Shown here piece by piece: positions 35,655 to 45,926 of a stretch of 62,042 bases of DNA. Below the pieces are notes generated by a model. That model searched no databases, was not told the DNA's origin, and saw only the letters and a program-made list of their open reading frames with translations. Position numbers and translations under genes: made by a program. Each line of letters starts with the position of its first letter. Positions within the stretch are counted from its first letter, which is position 1. The DNA comes from Caulobacter sp. (lineage in GTDB: Bacteria > Pseudomonadota > Alphaproteobacteria > Caulobacterales > Caulobacteraceae), in NCBI GenBank assembly GCA_028291125.1, contig JAQGIN010000543.1, forward strand, positions 1-62,042. The letters are read 5' to 3'.

Positions 35655-36205
35655 TGGCATATTCCTTCCCAACCGCGCCCGCGCCCGAAACCGTCACGCC
35701 GACTTATCGCGATTTCTCGGGCAAGCTCGTTCCGCCCGGCGGCGGACAAGAACAACGCATCGCGCGGCTGGGCGACCGGTGGGCTTTCACGTTCGTCATG
35801 CCGACGATGGATGAAGACTGCTTGCTCCGGTTCGCTGCGGTGCAGACCCGTGCCCGAGCCGAGGGCGAGCCTGTTCGCATGCAGATCGCCAGCAACGAGG
35901 CCGCGCCAACCGGCGTAACCGGCGCCGGGTCGATCAACAGCGTGGTCGTGGTGGCGTCGACCACGGTCGGAATCGGCGTCGGCTGGTTCTTTAGCTTTGA
36001 GTCCGGCGGGCGCGTCTATCCGCACCAGGTCACCGCGATCGAGGGCGATCAGCTATCCGTGGCGCCGCGCCTGAGAGCGACGCTCTCTGGCCCGTTGAAC
36101 TTCGCCGAGCCCGAGGTCGAGGGCTTCCTCGACGGAACGACCAGCTGGGATCTCGACCCCCTGGCGCACACCGGCATCACCTTCACGATTTCCGAGGATA
36201 GCTGA
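35654..36205 (+). CDS. distal tail protein (putative)
   Basis: Immediately after TMP; QRIARLGDRW, P.LRA. Confidence 0.7.
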   Translation: MAYSFPTAPAPETVTPTYRDFSGKLVPPGGGQEQRIARLGDRWAFTFVMPTMDEDCLLRFAAVQTRARAEGEPVRMQIASNEAAPTGVTGAGSINSVVVVASTTVGIGVGWFFSFESGGRVYPHQVTAIEGDQLSVAPRLRATLSGPLNFAEPEVEGFLDGTTSWDLDPLAHTGITFTISEDS

Positions 36206-36813
36206 TGTCCGTGCTATCGCCGGCCCTGGCCACCGCCTTTAGCGGGCGGTCGGTGCTGATGTTCTGCGCCGTCGAGATCGACCTGCCGGCGGGTGCGTTG
36301 CGCCTTCTGGACGCGCCGGGACAGGTGACGTTCGGTGGCCGGACGTTCCTCGGCCGTGACCCGGTCTATGGAACACTCGGTGGCGTGGAGCCGGTAACCG
36401 ACGGCGTCGAAACCGACGCGCCCGAAATCACCATCACCGTCCTACCGCCGACCATGACGGCCGCCGCGTCGCTGGCCAGCCCGACCGCCCAATTCTCCGC
36501 CGTCACCATCTGGGTCGGCGCGCTGGACAAGGTGACCGGCGAGGTGATCCCGGACCCCTATGTCCTATTCGTGGGCGAGGTCGACGTGCCGACCTTGTCG
36601 GGGGATGGCGGGTCACGCTCGCTGCAATACAGCGTCACGTCGGTGTTCGAGCTGCTGTTCGAGGTCGACGAAGGCGCGCGGCTGAACAACGCCTTTCACC
36701 AGTCGGTTTGGCCGGGCGAGCGAGGCCTTGAGTACGTCACCGAAGTGCAGCGGTCGCTGCCTTGGGGTGCTGAGACTGCTCGGCCGGCGGCCGTGCGGGA
36801 CGTGACCTCGTGA
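36205..36813 (+). CDS. tail hub/minor tail protein
   Basis: F.G.D..YG.L, HQ..WPGE.GLEYV. Confidence 0.7.
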   Translation: MSVLSPALATAFSGRSVLMFCAVEIDLPAGALRLLDAPGQVTFGGRTFLGRDPVYGTLGGVEPVTDGVETDAPEITITVLPPTMTAAASLASPTAQFSAVTIWVGALDKVTGEVIPDPYVLFVGEVDVPTLSGDGGSRSLQYSVTSVFELLFEVDEGARLNNAFHQSVWPGERGLEYVTEVQRSLPWGAETARPAAVRDVTS

Positions 36814-37235
36814 GCCTGCAAGCGCGGCAGCTGGCGCTGTCGGCGACGGTCGAGCACTTCATGGCCCGGCCGTTCGCCTTTGGCAAAACCGATTGCGTTC
36901 GGATGGCCGCATTCCACCTCCGAAAGATGGGCCACCGGCCGAGCCTCGTTAAGGCCGGCAGCTATTCCAGCCTGATCGGCGCCATGCGCGCACTGAGGCG
37001 AACCGGGTTCGCGTCCCTGCCCGACGCCCTCGACGCCATGGGCCTGCCGCGCATCGCACCGGCCGCCGCTCTGGTCGGCGACTTGCTGGCCTTGCCGGGC
37101 GAGGACGCGCTGCACGCCCTCCAAGTCGTCGCTGGCAACGGCCGGGTGTTCGGCTTCCACGCCGACAGCGAAACCGCCTGCTTTCTACAGCCGACGCTGA
37201 GCGTCGCCATGGCCTGGAGGGTCGAGCCGCGATGA
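36810..37235 (+). CDS. NlpC/P60-like tail assembly protein
   Basis: PFAFGKTDC, GD..., HAL. Confidence 0.75.
   Translation: MSLQARQLALSATVEHFMARPFAFGKTDCVRMAAFHLRKMGHRPSLVKAGSYSSLIGAMRALRRTGFASLPDALDAMGLPRIAPAAALVGDLLALPGEDALHALQVVAGNGRVFGFHADSETACFLQPTLSVAMAWRVEPR
36998..37012. repeat. dispersed palindrome copy 8 GCGAACCGGGTTCGC
   Basis: Perfect 7-1-7 palindrome. Confidence 0.88.
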
Positions 37236-40200
37236 GCAAAACCCTTCGCGCCGCCGGAACGATCATCGCAGGCGTCGCGCTCGTCGCCACGGGCGTTGGC
37301 GCTCTGGCTGGCGTTGGCTTGTTGGGCGCCAGCGCGAGCGCGCTGGCCGCGTCGGCTGGTGCGTGGACGCTCGCCGGGATCTCGGTCCAAACGATCGGCG
37401 CTGTCGGGGCCGGCCTCGCCTTCCTCGGCGATGCGACCGCGAAGCCGTTGAAGATCGGCGGCGTCGCTGGGTCTCAGGTGGACTTCGCCGCCGATCCGAA
37501 CGCCCCGATCCCCTATCTGGTCGGCCGGTCGGGGACTGGCGGTCGGATCATCTACGCCACGACCGGCGAGGCGAAAAACCGCAACATTCTCTATAACACC
37601 GTGTTGTCGGGCGGCGGCCCCATCGGGGGCTTCGACAGCTTCAAGGCCGCCGACGAGACGGTGACCTTTTCGCCTCTGACCGAAGCGGCGACGGGCGGCG
37701 CTTATAACCTGCGGATGTGGCAACGCCGGCAGCTCGGCGCGACGCCGTCGGCGGCGCTCATGCCGCCCAACACCACGGATTTCGCGGTCCTGTCTGAATG
37801 GACGCCCGCCCACAAGCTTTCGGGCTACGCCACGTCTTGGTACGTGCTCGGCTACGACCAAAAGACCTATCCGTCGGGTGTCCCTAAGGCGGTTTGGACG
37901 ATCCGGGGCGCGCTCGTTTACGACCCGCGCGCGGACGACGACTATCCTGGCGGCATCGGTGGCCAACGCGCCAACGACCCGAGCACCTGGCAGTGGTCAG
38001 AGAACCCGTGGCTGCACGCGCTGGCCTGGAGCCGGGGTCGGTACGCGAACGGGGTTCGCGTGTTGGGCATCGGCGCGCCGATGGCGGCCCTGGACGTGGC
38101 GGCGGCGGTCGAGGGGGCCAATGTCTCGGACGCCAACGGCTGGAAGGTCGGTGGCGTCGTCTATTCGAATGACAGCAAGTGGGACGTGCTCAAGGCCATG
38201 TGTCAGGCCGGCGGCGGCCGTCCGGTGCAGCTGGGCGCGTCGATTTCGTTCCTGGTCAACACGCCGCGCGTGTCGCTGGCCACCCTGACCGCCGCCGACC
38301 TGTCCGGCGGCTATTCGGTGCAGGCGGCGCAATCGGTGCGCGGCCGACCCAATCAGATCATCCCGAGATACCGCAGCGAAGATCACGGCTGGGAAATGGT
38401 CGCGGCCGGGCCGGTCAAGGTCCCCGCCTATGTGACTGCGGACAAGCGCCTGCGGTCCCGTGAGGTTGAATACCCGCTGGTGCAGGACGCCGAGCAGGTC
38501 GCCCAGCTGGCCGCTTACGACCTGGTGAACGCCCGCGAGTTCGGTCCGGTGACCATCCGCTGCAAGCCGGCGTGGATGGGCTTCAAGGGCGGCGACTGCA
38601 TCACGGTCGACGTCGCGGATCTGGCCATGAGCGGCCAAAAGGCGATGATCCTGACGCGTACGGTCGATCCGATGACCGGCGATGTTAGCCTGACGCTCCA
38701 GTCGGAAACCGACGGCAAGCACGATTTCGCCCTTGGCCGGACCGCGAGCCCGCCGCCAATCCCTGGCCTATCGTCGTCCGACCCGCTGCCTGTCGCGCCT
38801 GCCATTGGCAGCTGGACGGCCGTCGGTGGCGTGCTGGCCAGCGCGGACGGGGCGACCATCCCTGCCATCATCATTACCGGCGCCGTCGACGACCCGAATG
38901 CGACGCATCTGATCGTCGAATACCGGCAGGTGCTGGCCGGTCCGACCTATGGCCCTTGGGTCGGGAACGAATATCCGTCTTCGTCCACGCGGATCGAGAT
39001 CGTGGGGCTGATCAGCGGTGCGACCTATCAGGTGCGCGTGCGCTATCGGACGATCCGGGGCCTTGAGGATACCGAGGTCTTTCTTGATCTGGGGTCCGTC
39101 ACCGTCGGCAAGATCGTCGCCGACAACGCCCTCAGACTCGGCGACGTGGTGGCCGCCGAAGTCCTGGCGTCCGTCCAAGCCGCACAAGACGCCGCCGACG
39201 CCGGCCTCGCGGATGCGCGCAACGCGCTGATCCGGATCGAGGCGGCGCGGGCGGAAGGCGCCGCCCTGCAGAACAACCTGCTGCACGAGCTGACGCCGCC
39301 GAGCGGTCGGCCGACCGGCGCGACGATCGACGATCAGATCCGCATCGTCGAGGACGCCAAACAGACGATTGTCGAGCACTACACCGAACAGACCGTCGGC
39401 TTTGCCAATGCGGCGGCGGCGCTGTCGACCGAGTCGCTGACGCGGGCCACCCAGGACTCCGCGCTGGCGCTCTACCAGATCAATCTGGCGGCCGTGGTCG
39501 ACGCCAACTATGCGACGGCTCAGACGCAGCTCGCGACCTTGACGACCAATCTGAGCGCGACGTCCAGCGCCCTGACGACCCTGACGACGAACTTCAACAG
39601 CAATGTTTCGTCGGTCAGCAGCCAGCTGTCGTCGATCAGCAGCGCACAAAGCTCTCAGGCCTCGTCGATCACATCGCTGTTCGCGACCACAGGCTCGCAT
39701 ACGTCCTCGATCTCGATCACGGCGTCAGCGCTGGCGACGCTGAATGGTCAAGTGGCCTCGGCCTATGGCGTCGATCTCTCCACCGACGTCCTGGGCAACC
39801 GGGTGGTGGTCGGCTTCAAGGGGATCAACAACGGGGTAACGGGCGGCTGGATTTTCTCCGGCAGCTATTTCGGGATTTCGACCGGGTTCAGCGGCGTCAA
39901 GTACCCGTTCTTCGTCAGCGGCGGTACGGTCTATCTCACCGACACCGTCATCGACGGCAACCTGCTGATCACCGGCTCGGTGACGCGCGGCAAGGTGCCG
40001 TTGGGCGAGTTTTCGGACGGGTCCAGCGTCACCGACGGCAGCGTACAGGCGATTGGTGGATCGGATGTCACCTGCGCCACCCTTGCCGTCTACTGCTACG
40101 GCGGCGACCTCGACATCACCAACAGCCTGGCCATGCAGAACTTCGGAGCCGACTGTCAGGTCACCGGCACGATCTATTTCGACGGCGTCCAGATTGATAC

Positions 40201-40369
40201 TTGGGACAGCATCTATCGCGGCAGCTTCGCCGAGCGCCTGCCGCAGGTCACGCCGCCCCGGACACCCAGCGTCGGCTGGCACACGATCGAGCTGCGGGTT
40301 CGTCAAACTGGGTCGATCAGCATCAACAAGATCCTCGGCACGATCATCGCCGTGAACAGGATTCGCTAG
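37232..40369 (+). CDS. tail tip / host-specificity (J-like) protein
   Basis: 1045 aa; PYLVGR, YDPR, W.WSENP, FN3-like YQVRVR, Ser/Thr coiled coil, PFFVSGG.VY. Confidence 0.87.
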   Translation: MSKTLRAAGTIIAGVALVATGVGALAGVGLLGASASALAASAGAWTLAGISVQTIGAVGAGLAFLGDATAKPLKIGGVAGSQVDFAADPNAPIPYLVGRSGTGGRIIYATTGEAKNRNILYNTVLSGGGPIGGFDSFKAADETVTFSPLTEAATGGAYNLRMWQRRQLGATPSAALMPPNTTDFAVLSEWTPAHKLSGYATSWYVLGYDQKTYPSGVPKAVWTIRGALVYDPRADDDYPGGIGGQRANDPSTWQWSENPWLHALAWSRGRYANGVRVLGIGAPMAALDVAAAVEGANVSDANGWKVGGVVYSNDSKWDVLKAMCQAGGGRPVQLGASISFLVNTPRVSLATLTAADLSGGYSVQAAQSVRGRPNQIIPRYRSEDHGWEMVAAGPVKVPAYVTADKRLRSREVEYPLVQDAEQVAQLAAYDLVNAREFGPVTIRCKPAWMGFKGGDCITVDVADLAMSGQKAMILTRTVDPMTGDVSLTLQSETDGKHDFALGRTASPPPIPGLSSSDPLPVAPAIGSWTAVGGVLASADGATIPAIIITGAVDDPNATHLIVEYRQVLAGPTYGPWVGNEYPSSSTRIEIVGLISGATYQVRVRYRTIRGLEDTEVFLDLGSVTVGKIVADNALRLGDVVAAEVLASVQAAQDAADAGLADARNALIRIEAARAEGAALQNNLLHELTPPSGRPTGATIDDQIRIVEDAKQTIVEHYTEQTVGFANAAAALSTESLTRATQDSALALYQINLAAVVDANYATAQTQLATLTTNLSATSSALTTLTTNFNSNVSSVSSQLSSISSAQSSQASSITSLFATTGSHTSSISITASALATLNGQVASAYGVDLSTDVLGNRVVVGFKGINNGVTGGWIFSGSYFGISTGFSGVKYPFFVSGGTVYLTDTVIDGNLLITGSVTRGKVPLGEFSDGSSVTDGSVQAIGGSDVTCATLAVYCYGGDLDITNSLAMQNFGADCQVTGTIYFDGVQIDTWDSIYRGSFAERLPQVTPPRTPSVGWHTIELRVRQTGSISINKILGTIIAVNRIR
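38045..38059. repeat. dispersed palindrome copy 9 GCGAACGGGGTTCGC
   Basis: Matches GCGAAC-N3-GTTCGC, extends to acGCGAAC...GTTCGCgt. Confidence 0.85.
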
Positions 40370-40371
40370 CC

Positions 40372-40563
40372 ATGAAAGCCGCCCTCTTCAATTCGGAAGG
40401 CGTCGCCTTCGTCATCGTCGTGAGTTCCATGCAGGGCGTCATCTTCACGGCCTCGCACTACGGCGCGGAGTGGCGAGAGATCGACTCCGACATTTCCCTC
40501 GTCGACCAGGTGCCCAACCTGGCCGATCTGCCGGCCCCGCCCGAGACGCCGCTTCTCACCTAG
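40372..40563 (+). CDS. small hypothetical tail-region protein
   Basis: 63-aa ORF after J-like gene. Confidence 0.55.
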   Translation: MKAALFNSEGVAFVIVVSSMQGVIFTASHYGAEWREIDSDISLVDQVPNLADLPAPPETPLLT

Positions 40564-40581
40564 AACCAAGGGACAACCCAG

Positions 40582-40923
40582 ATGACCCAAGCCAAGGCCT
40601 CCAAGGCCCCGGCCAGCGCCCCCGCGCCTGAGCTGCCGCCTGAACCGAGCATCGCCGAACTGCTCGCCACCCAGGCGCTGGTGCAGCAGAAGCTCGCCGG
40701 CCATCGCGTCGCGCCGCTGAAAGAGCTGATCGTGCAGGTGCGGCAGTCGGATATCGCCGGCATCGCCGCGAAAATGGAAGCGATCGTGCCCGGCATGCCG
40801 GAAGACATGCTGAAGGTGAACCTCCAGCAGATCGCCGTCGTGCTCAGGAACCTGGATGCGCAACTGACGTCGGCGCTCGCCGCCGCCGAGGCGATCATCA
40901 GCAGCACGGCCGCGAGCGCCTGA
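40582..40923 (+). CDS. hypothetical helical tail-region protein
   Basis: 113 aa, AAGGGA RBS. Confidence 0.65.
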   Translation: MTQAKASKAPASAPAPELPPEPSIAELLATQALVQQKLAGHRVAPLKELIVQVRQSDIAGIAAKMEAIVPGMPEDMLKVNLQQIAVVLRNLDAQLTSALAAAEAIISSTAASA

Positions 40924-40924
40924 G

Positions 40925-41704
40925 ATGGCCTTGGGCATCCCCGCCTTCACGACGGCGCTCGGCGGCATCCTCGACCAGGTGCATGCGGGGTCACTGACGG
41001 GCGCGCCTCTGAAGGCGGCGCTGGCCGCGCTCTGGACGCAGTACGACAGCGTTCTGACGCTGAGCGACAAGATCGACGCGTTGCTGGCCATCAAGGCCGC
41101 GATGATTGCCGCCATCGACGCGATCAAGCTGAAAGGCACCATCGACTCAGTTTCGGCCCTGCCCGCCGAGGCCGAGGAGGGCGACGCCTGGAAGTTGGTC
41201 AATATCGAAGACGCACTGGATGGCCACCTCTTCGTCCGCGTGGTCGGCATCTGGACCGACCTCGGTCAGTTCAGGGGCGACACGGGCCGTAGCGCCTGGG
41301 AAGCGGCGGTGGATCTGCTCGATTATCCCGGCACCGAGGCGGAGTACGTTGCGAGGCCGCTAGACAGCGCCGAATTGGCCGATGCGGCGGCGGCCAACGC
41401 CGACGCCAAGGCTGATCGCGCCGACGCTTCGGCCGACAATGCCGACGCCAAGGCCGATCGCGCGGATGTTTCGGCTGACAATGCCGACGCGAAGGCCGCC
41501 TTGGCTCAAACGGTCGTCGATGGCGCCGCGACGATCTTGGCCGCTGTGCCGATTGTCGAGACAGCCCGCGATGTCGCTGTGGCGGCTGCGGATGAGGCCG
41601 TCGGCGTCGTCGCCGAGGTCCAGGACGAACAACTCATCTTCGCGACCAATCTCTTCATCGTTGAAAACGCCCTGCTCGCGCACATCGCCGCGGGCGAGGG
41701 GTAG
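40925..41704 (+). CDS. tail-fibre-associated protein with internal 14-aa repeat
   Basis: LP.....GDAW, W.DLGQFRG..G.SAWE, (NADAKADRADxSAD) repeats. Confidence 0.7.
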   Translation: MALGIPAFTTALGGILDQVHAGSLTGAPLKAALAALWTQYDSVLTLSDKIDALLAIKAAMIAAIDAIKLKGTIDSVSALPAEAEEGDAWKLVNIEDALDGHLFVRVVGIWTDLGQFRGDTGRSAWEAAVDLLDYPGTEAEYVARPLDSAELADAAAANADAKADRADASADNADAKADRADVSADNADAKAALAQTVVDGAATILAAVPIVETARDVAVAAADEAVGVVAEVQDEQLIFATNLFIVENALLAHIAAGEG

Positions 41705-41714
41705 GGAACCCGTC

Positions 41715-44219
41715 ATGACCGTATTGACTGATCTCGTCACCGCCGCCACGAACCTCTTCGACACCTGCACCGGGATGCTCGCGACCGCGCTGGGTTACAA
41801 GGACTCGGCGGCGGCGTCGGCCGAAGCCGCCGAGACGGCCGCCGCAGGCGTGGTCGACGCCGTCACCGAAGCTGAGGCGGCCACGATCGCGGCGAACGCC
41901 GCTGCCGCCGCCGCCTTGGCCGCGATCACCGCGCCCAATCCGCGCGGGGCCTGGGTGACCGCAACCGCCTACGCGCTGCGCGACACGTTCGTTCAGGGCG
42001 GCATCGCCTATATCACGACAATCGCCCACACGAGCGGCGCGTTCGCCACCGACTTGGCCGCCGGCAAGATGGCGGTATTTCAGGGTGTGGTCGGCACCGA
42101 TTTGGCCAACTCCAGCGATCCCGCCAAGGGTGCCGGCCTAGTTGGATGGAACGGAACGACCGTCGCGGCGGCCCTGGCCGCAGGGGGGAGCCTCGGCCCC
42201 AACCTCCTCGATCACACTGATGTCGCCAAGGGCTCCGCGCTGGTAGGTCACCAGCCCACCGGGGGAACCGTCGCGCAGGCTCTGTCAACCGCCCTGGCTA
42301 CCGCTCCGGATCTGGCCAGCGCGTCCGATCCGGCGAAGGGCGCGGCGTTGGTTGGCTACGTCGGCCGCAACATGGCCGATCAAACCCGGATGACCGCTGA
42401 CCAAATCGTGGCCCAGCGGGCGATACGAAAGTTCCAGAACAAGGTTCGCGTCCTCCTTTCCGGGGCCACGACGCGGATTGGGATCTATGCGGGTGGTGAC
42501 AGTGTCGCCGGCTATCTCCCGTCGGAGCTGTATCCTGTCTTGCTAGGCAGCATCGGCCTCGCGGGCATCGCCCTTGGGGCCTTCGGGACCACCTCTCAGC
42601 AGTTCAACTCCACGATTAGCGGTGACGTCACTGGCCCGAATGGAACGACGATCCCCTATGACTACACCTATTGGCCGACCGGGACGCACCAAGATATCGG
42701 CGTCGGCGGGACTACGCGTAGCCTGATCGGCGGCGGCTCGTTCACCGGCACGCGCTTTACCTGGTATTATGTCAAGCGCCCCGGCGGCGGAACGGTGCGC
42801 GTCGAGCTGTTGAACACCGCCGAGACGGTGGTTCAGCAGACGATCGACATCGACACCAACGCGGCCAGCGTCAGCCTCGGCATCCAGACGTTCACCGAAG
42901 TCGCGGCGTTCACCGGCCGCATCCGAGTCACCGGCCTGACCGGCCGATGCATCGGCGTAGGCTTCGCCTGCATCAACACGCTGATTTCGGGCGCTGTTCT
43001 GATCGGCCTGAACCGTGGTGGCCTGGGCCTCAATGACTGGGCCAGCGCACCAGCGGCGCTCTGGAAGGCGGCAATCGCAGACCTGTCGCCAGACCTGGGC
43101 CTCTATTCGGCTCGCGAGTCTGTTGCTTGGGTCCAGACCTATTTCGACGCCAACTATATCAGCGAGTTTCGCGCTGCCGCGCCGAACATGGAATGGATCA
43201 TTGCCGGACCCTGGCCCTATGGCGCAGGGCCGGCGGCCGACAATGATTTCGGAAAGAACCCGCCGACCGCGCCGTCTTGGCTTGAAGGTGAAGCGAACCG
43301 CGTCGTGGCGGAAAAATACGGCTACGGCTATTTCGAGCAGTACGGCCTGTTCGGAAGCTCCCAGAATAAGGAAACCCCGTCCGACGTCCACCTGACGGCC
43401 AACGATGGAAAATTCTTAGCTACGGCCTTCATGCGCCGCTATGGATTCAACGAGTTGGTTTCCGCACCAAGGGTGTTTCTAAACGTTCGATCGGGTGACG
43501 TGCGGTCCATCACCGTCACCGGATCATACACCCAAGACCCGAACGTCATTCCGACGTGGCGCCTCACCGCCGCCAGCCTCGACGCCACACTCGATATCGA
43601 CCGGACCCTCTTTGTCCGGATGAACATGAACGGCACCCCCTCAGAGGTGATGCGCTTCATGGGTGGCGGGGGGGGCATCGGCCTTCAGATGAGGCACCTC
43701 ACCGGTCTCTCCGGGTTTGCGGCCTCTGGGTCGTTCATCGGCGACCAAACGTCAGTCACAGCGATCTCGTCCGGCGGCCAATTCACCATGCGCTGGCTAC
43801 GCAGCACCACCATCCGCGAACACCTCACTCTGGGCTACAATATCACCCTGACGGGCACGGGAACGCCACTCAAGGCGTTCGACATCGCCGCTGGCGACAC
43901 CGCCTACTCCACCGCATCCGACTACACCTCGAACGAGATGCGGTTTGGCTACGACTCTGTAACCCGGCAGTTGCGCGTGAACATGGCGCCGTTTGGCCTG
44001 GGGGCCATGCGGGAAGTCATCTTACCCGCCATCGATGGATCGAAGGGGCGGGGGTCGACGGTAGTGGCCTTCGATCCGACCGATGACAATTTCGACACCG
44101 CGTCGTCCTTCGTCGCCAACCAGGTGCGCTTCGCCGTCGATCCCAGCACCCATGTCTTGACCGCGAAGCACTATGACGGGACAACGCTTCGAACCCTGAC
44201 GCTTGGGACGTTCACGTAG
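41715..44219 (+). CDS. tailspike / receptor-binding protein with SGNH(GDSL)-esterase-like domain
   Basis: RGAW.T.TAY N-terminal module, three DxAKGxxLVG repeats, GGDSV, NRGG, SDVHL. Confidence 0.75.
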   Translation: MTVLTDLVTAATNLFDTCTGMLATALGYKDSAAASAEAAETAAAGVVDAVTEAEAATIAANAAAAAALAAITAPNPRGAWVTATAYALRDTFVQGGIAYITTIAHTSGAFATDLAAGKMAVFQGVVGTDLANSSDPAKGAGLVGWNGTTVAAALAAGGSLGPNLLDHTDVAKGSALVGHQPTGGTVAQALSTALATAPDLASASDPAKGAALVGYVGRNMADQTRMTADQIVAQRAIRKFQNKVRVLLSGATTRIGIYAGGDSVAGYLPSELYPVLLGSIGLAGIALGAFGTTSQQFNSTISGDVTGPNGTTIPYDYTYWPTGTHQDIGVGGTTRSLIGGGSFTGTRFTWYYVKRPGGGTVRVELLNTAETVVQQTIDIDTNAASVSLGIQTFTEVAAFTGRIRVTGLTGRCIGVGFACINTLISGAVLIGLNRGGLGLNDWASAPAALWKAAIADLSPDLGLYSARESVAWVQTYFDANYISEFRAAAPNMEWIIAGPWPYGAGPAADNDFGKNPPTAPSWLEGEANRVVAEKYGYGYFEQYGLFGSSQNKETPSDVHLTANDGKFLATAFMRRYGFNELVSAPRVFLNVRSGDVRSITVTGSYTQDPNVIPTWRLTAASLDATLDIDRTLFVRMNMNGTPSEVMRFMGGGGGIGLQMRHLTGLSGFAASGSFIGDQTSVTAISSGGQFTMRWLRSTTIREHLTLGYNITLTGTGTPLKAFDIAAGDTAYSTASDYTSNEMRFGYDSVTRQLRVNMAPFGLGAMREVILPAIDGSKGRGSTVVAFDPTDDNFDTASSFVANQVRFAVDPSTHVLTAKHYDGTTLRTLTLGTFT

Positions 44220-44222
44220 GGG

Positions 44223-45254
44223 TTAGCTGACCGCCGCTGTGGCCGTCGGCGCCATAACCTGAGCAGTCGTCCGGCCGTCCGTGACCAAGCGGCTGGCGAC
44301 CCACCGCGCTCGCAGCCGATTGATCGGGCGGTCATAGGCCGCCCAAATCACCAAGCCGAGCGCCAGCGTCCCGCCGACCGCAAGGCCAGCATAGGGCAGG
44401 CGCTGCAGCGTAGGGAGCTGGGCGGCGACCATCGCCAGCCATAGCGCCGCCGGCCAGTGCAGCAGGTAGACGATGTAGGACAGGTCGCCGGCCGCCGCGT
44501 CGGCCTTGCCGCTTGGTTGGGTGACGGTGAAGAGGGCGAACGGCAGCAATGTGAGGGCCAACGCGCAATTGGCCAGCGGCGTCAGGGCATGGTGATCGCC
44601 CGATCCGCCCAGCAGAAGGCCTCGCCAGGGTGACGCCAGCACAAACAGGACGACCAGGACGAAGCCGACGATTGACGCCAGGGCGGCGGCTGGCGACGCT
44701 CGCAAGGACCGGTCCGACGCGACAGCGCCGAGGAGGAAGAACACCAGATACTTGGGCAGCGTGTCGGGCCAACCCAGACACACGGCCGTGGCGCAGAAGG
44801 TGCCTGTGGCGGCGATGGCGGCGAGCGGCCAGCGAGCGGCCATGACCACTACCAGGGGCGTGACCAGGTAGAACTGCAGTTCGATGTCGAGCGACCAGGC
44901 CGGAACTAGTGGCGGAGCGCGCAGCAGGGCGTAACCAAGCATTGTCATCTGCGAGAACAGAAGGTGGGGGGTGATCGCGCTCGTGTGGCCCTCTGGCCGC
45001 CATAGCAACATCCCCGCCGAGATCAGCAGGAATACGGGCAGCACGCGCCAGAGCCGTGATGTCAGGAAGGTCAGATAGGGCTGTCGCGTCGCGGAGTATT
45101 TGCGGGACCACATGGTGGTCACCCAATAGCCGCTGAGCGCGAAGAACACGTAGACGGCCGCCTGACCTATGGCGATGCGCGAAATGTGGTGAGCGAAAAC
45201 CAGTATGGCCAGGGTCAGTCGAAAGAGGCCTGGACCCTTTAACACGGAAATCAT
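44223..45254 (-). CDS. acyltransferase-3 family O-acyltransferase (OafA-like) moron
   Basis: FR..LAILV..HH, AVYVFFALSGY, SRLWRVLP, WSLDIELQFY, GDLSYIVYLLHWP; multi-TM, antisense. Confidence 0.92.
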   Translation of the reverse strand: MISVLKGPGLFRLTLAILVFAHHISRIAIGQAAVYVFFALSGYWVTTMWSRKYSATRQPYLTFLTSRLWRVLPVFLLISAGMLLWRPEGHTSAITPHLLFSQMTMLGYALLRAPPLVPAWSLDIELQFYLVTPLVVVMAARWPLAAIAATGTFCATAVCLGWPDTLPKYLVFFLLGAVASDRSLRASPAAALASIVGFVLVVLFVLASPWRGLLLGGSGDHHALTPLANCALALTLLPFALFTVTQPSGKADAAAGDLSYIVYLLHWPAALWLAMVAAQLPTLQRLPYAGLAVGGTLALGLVIWAAYDRPINRLRARWVASRLVTDGRTTAQVMAPTATAAVS

Positions 45255-45517
45255 GCCCGCCCCTTACTTGGCGGCCATCACATTCCGGACCGCCACCGTT
45301 CCGAGAGATAACGACGCTTCCGCCTTGAACGCAACCAGCGCCTGAGGCGCCGCGCCACCTCTGGCAGAAGTGGAAGCCCTATGAGGGCGGCCATGACCGC
45401 GAGGGAAATAATTGTCGTCCCGCTCATTTGCAGCCCCGTCGTCAAATCTCAGCCGTGATCGGCCCGCCGGACCACGTTGCGGATGATGCCAGTTCCCTCT
45501 TCAAATGGAAGGCTTCA

Positions 45518-45853
45518 ATGATCCTTAGAAAGACAGCGGCATTGCGGGCGAGGTGGGGCTTGGGCTTCCTCGGGGCAGCCGCCGGCCTCGCTCAATCGGG
45601 CTGCGACCCGGCCGACATCACAGCAAGGCCGCCCGAGCAATACCGTCACGCCCCATCGGCCATTGTCATCTTTGCCGAGACCGACGCCATCGACGCCCTA
45701 TGTCGGTCGATGGGTGTGTCGGCCGACAAGTCTATCCGCGCCTGTTTCGTCAATGGCGTCATCTACATGCCGCAGCCCTGCGGCTGGTCCGATCCTTACG
45801 CACAGACCTTCTGCCACGAGACCGGCCACGCCGTCGGCTGGGTCCACGGCTAA
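45518..45853 (+). CDS. putative lipoprotein with HExxH motif
   Basis: Signal-like N-terminus ending AQSG-C; C-terminal CHETGH. Confidence 0.6.
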   Translation: MILRKTAALRARWGLGFLGAAAGLAQSGCDPADITARPPEQYRHAPSAIVIFAETDAIDALCRSMGVSADKSIRACFVNGVIYMPQPCGWSDPYAQTFCHETGHAVGWVHG

Positions 45854-45926
45854 CCGTCGCGCCGCCTCTCGCTTCATCACCAGTCGCCTAGCGGCGCGCG
45901 ATGACCCTTTCCGTGGAGTTTCGTCA

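Noticed and set aside
41382-41714. N-terminal extension of the tailspike ORF
   Set aside because: Overlaps the 40925-41704 gene in another frame; ATG 41715 has its own RBS
37232-44219. Diversity-generating retroelement or invertible tail-fibre cassette
   Set aside because: No reverse transcriptase, invertase or TR/VR repeat pair seen
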